A stretch of DNA of 63,227 bases, filler included, from Choristocarpus tenellus KU-1152 (Eukaryota; Protista; Phaeophyceae), in NCBI GenBank assembly GCA_964200185.2. It is 14 parts of 14 records of this genome, joined end to end, with 100 filler letters (N's around TTAATTAATTAA, not from the genome) between each part and the next. Parts side by side here need not be neighbours in the genome. Positions count along the whole stretch, not along the records: positions 50,012 to 54,812 come from CAXNAD020013011.1; positions 54,913 to 60,297 come from CAXNAD020010960.1; positions 60,398 to 63,227 come from CAXNAD020024369.1; 11 more parts are not named here. The stretch is one strand, 5' to 3'. Position numbers and translations under genes: made by a program. The notes below the pieces were generated by a model, which saw nothing but the letters and a program-made list of their open reading frames with translations, was not told the DNA's origin and made no database searches. Within the stretch, counting starts at the first letter, position 1. The number at the start of each line of letters is the position of its first letter. Shown piece after piece: positions 52,941-63,227 of the stretch.

Positions 52941-53252
52941 TGTACGATTAGACTCTTCCAACAACTCCATCACTCCATCAGGCAGTTACGTGGACAGTTA
53001 CAGAGTAACGGAACAATCAATTAGTGGTTGGAGTTATCAGAACCTTTTACTAGTCCTTTTACTGGTGATTATTTGGAGGAGAATCTTTCAACTATAAAAG
53101 GAAATATTTCTGATATTATGTAAAATATGACTTGCATGCCCCGCCTCTAAATTTAATCAATCGCTCTACGGGGGACACCAAGCAATCTCGCCTTTACCCT
53201 TTTTTATCTTATCACCTTTACCCTCTTTGATGGTTTTGGGGATACTTTAACA
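52941..53252 (+). mobile_element. Solo LTR of the copia family in a NELF-C/D intron
   Basis: TGtacgattagactcttcc...gatactttaaCA with near-perfect 5-bp TSD accgc / acccc and no internal region. Confidence 0.88.
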
Positions 53253-53812
53253 ACCCCCGCTGTCTCAGTCGATCGCTATGGGTGCATGATTTGAAAGTAG
53301 AACACAATAAAATTATTTTTGTTTATTATTATTTAGCGTTTTGTGCCGTCGGCGTGTGCTGAACCAGCGAAGTAGTTTATTCGAAAGAGCTGTTTGATTA
53401 CAGAGAGCGCTTGTGCTTTTTCTTCCTTGCCAACAATGCCCAGTTTTTGTTTATTTTTATTTCTATTTTGTGTCTTACTGTACTACGATACTCTACCGTC
53501 TCATATAACATAAATTTGTTATTAGAATGATAATATTAAAATTTTTAGGATAAAAATGACTTTATTCGAATGTCTTTTTTCTTCTTTATTTTTTATTTTT
53601 TCTTCTTTTTTCGCTCACCCCGTTCGATCAGAGGATAGAGGGATAAGAGAGAGATCTTCTTCTCATCACCCGGTAACGAAACTATTTATTTATTTTTATT
53701 TGTAATTTTAAAAAAAGTCTTGTAACTTTTGTTCTTTTTTTTCCTCCTGTCCTGATGCACCCGTCATCATTGCCGTATATTTCTTTTGTTCAAAAAAATT
53801 ATAAATAAAAAG

Positions 53813-53965
53813 GCCAGTTTGGGGGTGTTGTGTTGGATCCGTGCTCAAGTGTCCAACGAGGTGTTTTGTGCTACACCAAGCTTCTTGACCTATGCGCCTG
53901 CCTTCTTGAGCCTGTGCAGCTTGACTTCCTACAATCACCCTCCTCAGCGTCCTGCGGTGTTTGAG
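53813..53965 (+). CDS. NELFCD: NELF-C/D exon
   Basis: aaag|ASLGVLCWIRAQVSNEVFCATPSFLTYAPAFLSLCSLTSYNHPPQRPAVFE|gtgtgt; matches TH1 A.GVL.W....F....P..L.L....H....V. Confidence 0.85.
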
Positions 53966-54528
53966 GTGTGTGGAAATATTAATATATATATAAAAAAAAA
54001 ATGTATCTACACAGATACATTGGCATTTTTCACCCTCTCTTTCATACACAAGTGTTTCAGTTTTTTTTATGAGTTTTTTTGGAGGGGGTTTGGGTTAGGG
54101 TTAGGGTTTAGTCTGTGAGTTATGTACTAATTGTTAGGGTTCAATGGGTTGAGGCAGTGATTGTTTTATTTTATTTAAAAAGTTGTGCAAGGCCCTCTCT
54201 AGAGATTGAGAAATGAACAGTTGATTTTTTGTATCCAGGGAATTTTTTGTTCAGGAGACAGTTATCTCATATATATATGTATATTTTGTAGAAGGACTGC
54301 ACAAAACAGGTTAGAAAAGGAGGAGACGGTTTGATCCTTTTGGGGGGGGGTGGGGGGGGAGGGGGGGTGTTCTTACCTTTGTTCTGTGCTGTTTGTACTG
54401 ATACTATGGGAGCATACTCGCGTACTCAACCTGTTGTTTTTTTTTCTTTAGCTCTTGCAAATTCATTTGCAATATATTTTCTTTCAATTAAATTTATTTT
54501 TTTACCGATTTAAAAAAAAATGTTTCAG

Positions 54529-54637
54529 ATCCTGAAGGTGATGCTCCACGTCAGACCTGCCTCAGACACTCCTCAGATGACCAAGACGAAGCTCAAGCAA
54601 CAGGTTCTTCTTTACATGACAGACCTCATGGCCACAG
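54529..54637 (+). CDS. NELFCD: NELF-C/D exon
   Basis: ttcag|ILKVMLHVRPASDTPQMTKTKLKQQVLLYMTDLMAT(G)|gtgatg; matches TH1 LKK..LD.MV.L...GY. Confidence 0.8.
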
Positions 54638-54728
54638 GTGATGGATAGCCCTAACCCTAATGGGTTATCATTGCAGAGGGTACGCTCCTCCAGCATTCAT
54701 ATGCATGAGAGTACCTCAAACAGGGAAG

Positions 54729-54759
<31 letters not shown>

Positions 54760-54941
54760 GAGTGGGTGGGTTAAGTGAGAAGACAGCCGCGGCCTCGCGT
54801 TTTTTTTATTTTNNNNNNNNNNNNNNNNNNNNNNNNNNNNNNNNNNNNNNNNNNNNTTAATTAATTAANNNNNNNNNNNNNNNNNNNNNNNNNNNNNNNN
54901 NNNNNNNNNNNNCTCCCCCCCCCCTCAGATACTTTGGGTCA

Positions 54942-55200
54942 GAGTTAAAGTATCTTAGAGGGTAGAACCGTGTCCATTTGGGGGCAAAAATCCAATGTTG
55001 CAATTTTGATGTAATTTTGACAACCATGTTTGTTACGAGATGTCAATATCCTTGTTCTGGACACACCTTTTCATAACATATAATTTTACATACTTCGAAA
55101 CATTTTGGAGTAGGTAAAAATGTCATTAAAAAACCGCGGGAAGTCAAGTCCCAAATGGACAAACGAGGAAAAACTTGTACCCTCTATGACATTTTCACTC
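54942..55200 (+). mobile_element. MITE family A, complete copy (259 bp)
   Basis: GAGTTAAAGTATCTTAGAGGGTAG...GACATTTTCACTC with 3-bp TSD TCA; abuts a family B terminus. Confidence 0.93.
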
Positions 55201-56165
55201 TCAACCATTCATATCCCTTGGTTCTTGATTATCAGGCATCAACATATCCACTGACGATGGTATATAACAATAGATACATAGTAGTAGTTAAATCCTGGCT
55301 ACGCCAAATTGTCTCAGTGACTACGCAAGTGGCACTGTTTGGACGTATCATGTGTTTTAAGCTGGAATCACCAGGGAGATGGGCACGGAGGGGTTTATTG
55401 GATTCTTGGAATGCCTCCCTAGCTCCTCCCCGGGCACAGGTATTGGTAGATTGGAGACACGGGAGGGCAGTAGTACAACATAGATAGTGGTCAAGTAACG
55501 AATAGATTAGGGTTTTTCACATTTATGACATTTATTTTTTCAGGGCTTATACTGACATTATGTATAGTGTTCATTGGTTTGCCCCCTGACACGTCAGAGG
55601 GCATAATAATAATATATGTAACAATATATATACTACACCATAGATTCGTAATTTAGTCCTACCACTACCATCCTCTGGCTTGTTATGCTTCTGTGGAAGG
55701 ATCCTTTATATTGTATGCAGGACATGAGAAGAGAAGTGTGTGGATGTATGTGTGCATAAGACATGAGAAGGGGTATGTGTTACACTCACCTTGCGTCTTG
55801 GTGTTCAGTCTGTATTAATGTAGAGGCCACAACAACACAATCGATGCTGGTGTACACAATCCTGATGGCATGTATGTATCATCAACGGAAATGAATAGTC
55901 TATTGTGGAATCATCCAGGGAATATCGAACAACTGTTTGGGAAGTGCCTGTAGGAAAAGAGGAGAAGAGGCTCCACCACCTGGTAGCCACATTGCTCCAG
56001 CAGCACCAAGGAAAAGGAAGGAATAAGCTATATCAGGGGGGATCTATGCCTACTTGTACAGAAGAAGGAGATGGTCTACCTAAGGGGATGCCTGTAACTA
56101 CTATGGTGGGATCTGCTCAAAGTGACGTAAAGGGAATTCTAAACTAATACTGAGTCAAACCAACG

Positions 56166-56365
56166 GAGAGGTTTGCTTTTTTTGGATCCCGAGAAAGGGC
56201 AAAAATATGACGTTTTATGCAACTACGAAAAGAACCTTTGCTAAATTGTCGTGTGTAAGGGGAGAATATCATTTTTTTGTGCACATGAAGATCTAAAATC
56301 GAATTTATAGCACAGGGTAAGAAGTATGGCTTGGAGTACAAATGGTCCAAACGTGCCTACCTCTC
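56166..56365 (+). mobile_element. MITE family C copy
   Basis: GAGAGG...ggatcccgagaaagggcaaaa...ccaaacgtgcctaCCTCTC; flanks aacg / aatg fit a 4-bp TSD with one CpG decay. Confidence 0.75.
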
Positions 56366-58234
56366 AATGGGTGCTACTCTACTATAAGGGCATCATTACA
56401 GGTCAGGGCCCTCCTAGAATATGTATGTGTGTGAATTACACTTAGTTATAGTCGCGGTAAGATTAAGTCCAGCAAAATAGGCTGACACTGCTTGAGGATG
56501 TTTGAATTTGGACTTGAATTAATGAAAAGAATGGTTGGGGACTGGTTAAGGTGTATGGTGAAGTGCCCATTTTCGCGTGCTTTTGCTCATGAAGTATTGA
56601 AAAAAATTGTCATTCATTAGGGTTAACTGGTGGTTTGTGCTTCGTGAGGTGAACAAATGTCTACATCCATTGTGAAGAAGCATCACTAATAGGGTTTCGA
56701 ATTAGTCAGAATACTTCAAGTTAAACGAGTAGTTTTATTTTTTGGTGTACGATGATTAATGTTGTTGTAATTTCTTATTTGGACTTTTAAAATCGAGCGG
56801 CCAAATTGTGTAATCGATTTAAATATGGTCAGGTATGGCATCAAGAAGTTCTTCACATAGGCGTTGGTCGGTAGTATGGTATTGAGGGGGGTTTTGTTGG
56901 GGTTAGTGAGTGATATACTGGAGGTGGAAAGGGTTAGGGAACGTTTTTTTGAGGGGCTTTATGTTAATTTTTTGGAGTATGTCCACATTAGGGTAGTGTT
57001 GTGGTTAGTGGGTTGGGTTGACGACTGTCCATGAGGGTGAGGGGTGGGTCATGTCCATGATGTAGGTCGATTTGGTTACAAGGGTAGCATCAACAATGCA
57101 TCACATGTGGCTGGTTGTATGCACATGTCTGTGGGCTTGGGAAGTATGGAAAATAGGGAGTCATCGTTTAGTGTCATTAAATCATTACTTTGGTTTTGGC
57201 ATAATGTGACCGATTCCTTGACCGATGACACTTCAGTGAAACCCATTATGTAAAAATTGTGAAACCATTAGGGATTCAACCTGTTGATAGATGCGCGCCT
57301 AATTTTGGATGTATATAAAACTTGCCGGCATATAAGGATGTGACTATTTGGCGCGAAGGATATGTGTTCCAGAGCTATGACAGAGCGATATAAGCTTCAT
57401 CAAAGTTTAAATATTTATGAGAAATATTGGTATGAAACACACGGAACAGTCTTCAATCATTGAAACTAAGACGGAAGTGTACCCTCCTTTTGTCGAAAAG
57501 TTAGGCCAAGTTTCGAATGTGTGTTTGATGGAGGATATCCAGGCATAGTATCTGCAAACTATAGTTTTCCAAACGGTGTTACCCTGTGATCACCAAAGCA
57601 CCCCATAACAGTGAAGGGAAAAGATGACAAGAATTCTGACGTTCACCAACACGGTGCGATGAGGACGATACGCTGCGTTAGACATTGATTGATGTTTAAG
57701 ATTATTGACCTCGCTTTGCATCAGAAGGAGAACTGTTTAGGGTGTGAAAAGGTGTTATCCCACGGGATATTAGACTTGTATTTGTCAGTAGGTGTGTGCT
57801 GTTGTAAGAGATGCGGCAAATACCTAAATACAGATTACCCAAATTTTGAACCAAGCTGGTTCTTTGGTAAGAGAAGGACACATTTGACTTGACCAAGTTG
57901 AATAGTTCACAGCTGGGAGAACGTTTCTGTAAGTTTTTCTTGAATTAGGGTTACCCCGACAGTTCTAAACTCCAGAATCACAAACATTTGCCTCAGACCG
58001 TGCAAACTTGGACGCCATACAGTTACAACTACAAAGTCTACAAATTTTGGTCCAGACCGTGCAAACCTGGTCGTTGGACACATTGTGAAAGGAACAGAAA
58101 GAATGAAGTCTCCAACAAATACACTCTTACTCCAAGTTCGACCTGAAAACTAAAAAAGTCTACTTGAACTGGTGAGCATGTGTAAAGCACACCTCCCTTC
58201 CACCGATCTATAAGCTTAGGGTAAGTCTCCGTCA

Positions 58235-58489
58235 GAGCCAAAGTATCTTAGAGGGTAGAGCAGAGTCCATTTGGGGGTCAAAATCCAATGTTGTGATTGT
58301 GATGTAATTTTGGCGTGTTTGTTAGGAAGTGTCAATATCTATGCTTTGGGCACACCTTTTCATAAGGTACACATTTTACCTACTCCGAAACATTTTGGAG
58401 TAGGAAAATGTCATAAAAGAAGCGATGGGAAGCCAAGCCCCAAATGGACAAACAGGGAAAAACTCGTACCCTCTAAGATAGTTTCACTC
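58235..58489 (+). mobile_element. MITE family A, complete copy (255 bp)
   Basis: GAGCCAAAGTATCTTAGAGGGTAG...CTAAGATAGTTTCACTC with 3-bp TSD TCA. Confidence 0.95.
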
Positions 58490-58507
58490 TCAACACATGC
58501 CAAAGAT

Positions 58508-59344
58508 TTAGGGGGGAGGAGTACTTGTCATTTCACGGTTCTGCCTGACACGACCGAGGAACACAGCTTTTCTCGTAGCGAGCACTTCTGTGTCCTGCGC
58601 ACACAGCGTCCTCTTGGTATTACCCACACCATGGCACAAGCCATCGAGGATTCCCTTGTGCACGTAGCAGTGATCGTCCAGGACAAGAAGATTTGCAGCT
58701 TTGCCAGCCCCCATCAACCTAAATCTGTAGTCAAGAATAACCTGTTGAAGGACACAGGTTTGCACACAATAGTATGTTGATGGGGATAGGTTTGCCGAGC
58801 GGAGGAGTTCCTCCACACAAGCCTCAATGAATCGATCTGTCATTCTGATGTTAAACTTACCATCCTCGGACATGGGCAGTTCATTATCGCTGTCCGCCAA
58901 GTCCACATCACTCCCCTTCCCGTCCGATGGTGTATTGATGGCCGATACCTCACCACTGCTACGTACGGGAGAGAAGATATTCTCCAGCAAGGTTACTGGG
59001 GGGGTCACAGGCGTTCCTTTCTCCTTGCGAGTGGGGACGTGTTTCTGAGAACCTGAGCCCTGTAGAGATCCGGAACCCCTAACACTCACAACACCTCTGG
59101 AAGACTTTTGCCTCTTACCAGGAGGAGATTGACAGTATGGATCGACCCGTTCAACACCACCCTCTTCACTTCCTTCATATCCATCATCACTCTCATCATC
59201 CGGGACTGACTCAATGCTATGTGTTGGAGTCATCCGAGATCCTGTCGGTGTTTTGGCCATTTCTTCCATATCCGATTCTTCTCCATCCCACCCGCTCACA
59301 ACGGATCCCAAGTCGCTCTCTCCGACGTCACTGCTGGCACGCAC
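58508..59344 (-). pseudogene. Long unspliced ORF remnant of unknown family (acidic/Ser-rich linker plus ordered C-terminal part), probably transposon-derived
   Basis: 278-codon open frame, higher GC, no introns, ends at MITE sequences; no recognisable domain. Confidence 0.35.
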
Positions 59345-60589
59345 TCAAACACGGGAGACCTGGACACCCTCGGACGCGTTGAGAGTGCCGCTAAGTCCCC
59401 CGTCCTGTTTTTCCACACACTGTTATTCTGCTCAGACTTAGCACAAAATTTGGACGGCTTGTGTGCAAAGCGTTTCTCTATCTAGGGGTCACGGTTCTCC
59501 AGCATAGCGGAAGCATGTACCACCCCCCCCGGGTGTAGAAGCAGGGAGGACAAGCCAGCGTTGAACGAACCCCTCAGCTTGGCCCATATATCGTCCATGT
59601 CATGCACCCCACAAGTGTTGTTGCCTGGCGCCATGACAACGCAGGTGGCACTCCTTGAATCTGGAGCAGTGTGGCTAATGGATGTCAGGAGCAGAGATGG
59701 TCACATATCTGGTGTGTGTTGTTGTATGGGTTATGGGAACTCGAAAAATGAAAAATGGATTTTAAAACATGTACAATGGTCCTTAAGCCGAATTTATTAG
59801 GGATTTTTGGATGGAAGTGTGCAACATTCGCAAACAAGGCCAGTGTATACGAGTTGTGTTTCCCTCCGCTATATTATTTTTATACCCTCTGACATTTTGC
59901 AGATGTGTCAGGGGGGAAACAAATGAAAACTATACATATGTCGGTATAAGCCCTAAAGAAAGAAAATATCATAAATGTAAAAAACGCTATAAAACATTGT
60001 AAGTGTGAAAAACACTATTGTACCATTGTCATGTGTGGTGCGGATTATCTTAGGCAATTGACCTCTTAATGTTATTTACCATTTCATACAGGAAACAGGG
60101 TTGCATGTCAATACACCATGGCATTTTTTACTATAACCAATTTGAGGTCTGACGGTTCTTGTTCACTAGCAAAGAAACAAAAAACTCATTGCTCCCCTAT
60201 CGCTGGTCCCTTTATCATAATGTCATGAAACGTTTATTTACACTTTCTTGACTTCACCTCCTAATCCGTTGGGGAGGGCAGCACCCTTGGAGCCTTCNNN
60301 NNNNNNNNNNNNNNNNNNNNNNNNNNNNNNNNNNNNNNNNNTTAATTAATTAANNNNNNNNNNNNNNNNNNNNNNNNNNNNNNNNNNNNNNNNNNNNATG
60401 CCATTTTGTGCAATTACATAGAAGAGCCTTACCCAAATTGTGGTGTCAGTTTGTGTGTGGAAAGGGAAAATGTCGATTTTGCGAACACAATTGCGCACAT
60501 GAAGCAATGACATCGAGTGTATTGAACAGGGTAAGAAATATCACTTCAGAGTGCAAAAAAGTACAAACCTGCTTATCTCTCAATTGCTT

Positions 60590-61480
60590 TGGCTCTTAAA
60601 TAACAGCAGCACTTAGGCATTGACATTCCCAAATTGAAATCCTGTGAAAATTGGGACAAATGATTACACTCTGTATCCCTTGCCAACAAAAATCCAGCTT
60701 TGCACATACCTGCAGTGCTGACTCAAAGGAGTTGTCCACAATAGCCCTACCTTCGTCACCTGTTGATCGAGGCCCCTTCCACCTTTGTTGAGGTTAACCT
60801 TCACTGCCTGTTCAAAGTAATAATAGCATCAAGGTAGGCCACATCTATGTAACCAGAGTACTGACATCAAGTACCACTGGGGTACCCTTACGCAAGAATA
60901 TTGTGTTCCTGTGGAACACATGGTAAGCATTAAAAAAAAATTCCAGCTCAGCCTTAGTCCTGCACATTGCCTGAGAAAATGCACATAAACTGTACTAACG
61001 TATTTCACTACTTGTGGAATGGAAATCCTAAGCCTGTCCTTGTCTCTTGCGATATTGCATCTTCCTTCCTCTCCTGGCTTAACCTTCTTGATTAGAGCAA
61101 AACCCCTCCTGGCTATTGTCCACGAATCAACCTCATAGTGTACATAGAGCAACTCTGAGGAGAAAGGTCCAAGTGCTGCACCTCTCCCTCAAATATTGTG
61201 CTCCAAAATTTGAGCACTTTTAACAACAAAGGCCATTGATGTACACTACACCAAAATTTGACCTTGGTCTTTTGATCTAGTCCGCTGACCAAGCTGTATC
61301 GTGCAGAGGTCCCTGTAGTACAAGTATTTATTTTCTTAGGATGAACATACATACTCAAGAAAGTATGACTTTACACCCAAAACCTTCGCTTTGATAGATC
61401 TGGACAGTCACATTTGATAGCTGTTGGGCTATGTGGATATTTACTCACTCAGAAATATGTTGATGCGTAGTTGCTACTGT
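60590..61480 (-). pseudogene. Possible piggyBac-like transposase relic
   Basis: Broken motifs in expected order: P..P..IK...SHTFLSMY..PKK; SV..L.LK.L..W.T.F.G.V; VKYVST; QYSGYIDV..LD; GNVNA.VL. Confidence 0.35.
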
Positions 61481-62034
61481 ATGACATCAAATGTATTGGA
61501 ATAAGTGGTTTTCCTGTCAATGATCATGGCCTCCTACACCTGAGAACTCGCAGTGGCGATCAGCGAGTAGGCGCAACCCAGTTGGGTGTTGTTGTGATGT
61601 CTCTGGTTTGTGGGAAGAAGATCATAGCGCAACAAAGCACTGATGATTTTGTTCTGGTAGGTCTGATGACACGTTATATTTAGTCAGACCATGTTCGATG
61701 TGAAGGTATGTTTGGTTGTGCCGTGATTAACATGTTTGGAGGTAAGTGTGTGTCAGAGGGAAACAAGACGCCTGAGGGTTTGGTCTGGTGCGTCTGAAGG
61801 GATGTCTTACTCAATTAGACGTGTTGGTTGGAGTAAAATGGGTACTGGTACGTCTGTGGCATGTTGTACTCGAGCAAACTGTGATTGGTAGAAACTGTGT
61901 GGTTATTCATTGAGGCGCTCAAACGAAGAAATTCATCCTCTGTGAAAAGGGTTGTCACCTTCGCAGAGAAGAGTTTCAAAGGATTATTATAACTGTGTAT
62001 TGGATCCTGGCGTGTGCCTCGTACGTATTGCAGA

Positions 62035-62217
62035 GACCCAAAGTATCTGTGAGTGGGGGGTGGTCTGTGCCAGGGTGTCCATTTTGGTCATAACCAGGAA
62101 AAGTGCACTACATTAATATACATCCGACGTATTCAACCAAATCATCCAAAAGTCGTGACATGAAACCATAGGCCCCAAAAGGGCTACCGCCACCCCCCCC
62201 ACCAGATACTTTGAGCC
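62035..62217 (-). mobile_element. MITE family B, complete copy (183 bp)
   Basis: GACCCAAAGTATCTG...CCAGATACTTTGAGCC with 3-bp TSD AGA (62032-34, 62218-20). Confidence 0.92.
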
Positions 62218-62479
62218 AGAGGGAGAGGTATGTCTTACGAGGGGGCAATTGCTAGTCAAGTAAGAGCAATTGTCAACACATCCTATGCAACTGATAACTT
62301 ACATCATGAAGAAGAAGAAAAAACAAAGAAGAAACAACAAGACAAGCTTGAATCCATATTTTCATGTGTGCTTGACCCCTCCACCTTATGTGTCAATGTG
62401 GATATCAAAAATAACTAATGTCACACATAGTATGGTTGTGTGTATGATGGGTAGCATCTGTTCCTATGCTTTCTGTCCA

Positions 62480-63100
62480 CTGTGATGCTCTTACAGTGGT
62501 TGAGTAAGGTGTGATGATAAGCTAATGATGGGAATGGAAATAGCGACCAGTACAATGGACGAATCAGCATTCAGTGTGAGCTGACAATACTCTCTCGTAT
62601 CAAGACAAATCGAATGAGTAGCCTATGTTTTAACACAATGCACAACACATATGAACTCAGGTTTAAACACTTCCTTTGTTGTGGAATATGTCCCAGAAAG
62701 AGAGGCCTTAGAGCCAGTCAAGGATAATTTATGGGAGAAATTCCACACCTTGATGCAGCAGACTACCCCCAAGTATAAGCCCTTTAATCTGATGGACGCA
62801 AATTCTTCATCGGAAAGAGATGTGAGGGAAGGGGAATCTCGACAGCAGGATTCCTGGGACATGTGGAAGAGATGTGTTCAATCACAATAGTGAGCACCCG
62901 TTGATCTCTGAAGCAATGAACAGATTTCAACCTGTCAACACATTTCCTGTGTACCCAAGGGAAAAGAGTCCCAGACATATATGGGCCATTGAGGGAAAAT
63001 GGGGTCCCTTACACTCAGGCCGTTCGACATCTCATTTGGAACAAGAGGGTGCACACAGTCTTGACAATGAAATCGGATCACTGTATTGATCACTATTGGT
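62480..63100 (+). pseudogene. Possible hAT transposase C-terminal relic
   Basis: EAMNRFQ...SPRHIWAIEGKW.P..TQAVRHL resembles the hAT dimerisation domain E..Y....P..WW....P.L..A..L; many stops. Confidence 0.3.
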
Positions 63101-63227
63101 CCTTGTCCTTGCTTGTTTTGCTCCCCATGGCAAGGTGCGGCCACAAGGAGGTTACGTGAAATGGTCCATCCACAGGTACGGTAATACTATGGCTCAAATC
63201 TTTATCTTGGTTCAAATTATCTGGGGG

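Noticed and set aside
1-63227. rRNA, tRNA or snRNA genes
   Set aside because: No recognisable conserved motifs seen by eye; tRNAscan-SE and Infernal would be needed to exclude short or divergent ones

Overview
This is eukaryotic genomic DNA, not one continuous locus. Thirteen artificial 100-bp linkers (N44-TTAATTAATTAA-N44) join 14 unrelated 2.8-7.6 kb contigs. Host genes appear as short GT-AG exons that the ORF track largely misses: a plastid-type (cpFBPase II-like) fructose-1,6-bisphosphatase C-terminus, SKI2 helicase, NELF-C/D (TH1), a cold-shock-domain protein, an HSL-family esterase, a possible VPS13/Chorein N-terminus and a coiled-coil protein. A plastid-type enzyme, intron-rich genes, TTAGGG repeats and NELF together suggest a photosynthetic stramenopile such as a brown alga or relative (inference only). 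The rest is a transposon graveyard. It holds a Ty1/copia family (two nested gag-bearing copies, a solo LTR, an LTR fragment), three MITE families, and heavily decayed transposase relics (Harbinger, pogo, Transib/RAG-like, piggyBac-like, hAT-like). Three patterns are the most unusual. (1) Short telomeric repeats in introns are strand-polarised: TTAGGG on the sense strand after donors, CCCTAA (containing the CTAAC branch-point motif) just before acceptors, including a candidate 41-nt hairpin micro-intron. (2) Two related MITE families share a CAAAGTATCT terminal core, have 3- or 4-bp TSDs, repeatedly insert into or next to each other, and coincide with 7 contig ends. (3) There is a possible RAG1/Transib-like transposase relic. 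All protein calls are motif recognition by eye; no database search was run.
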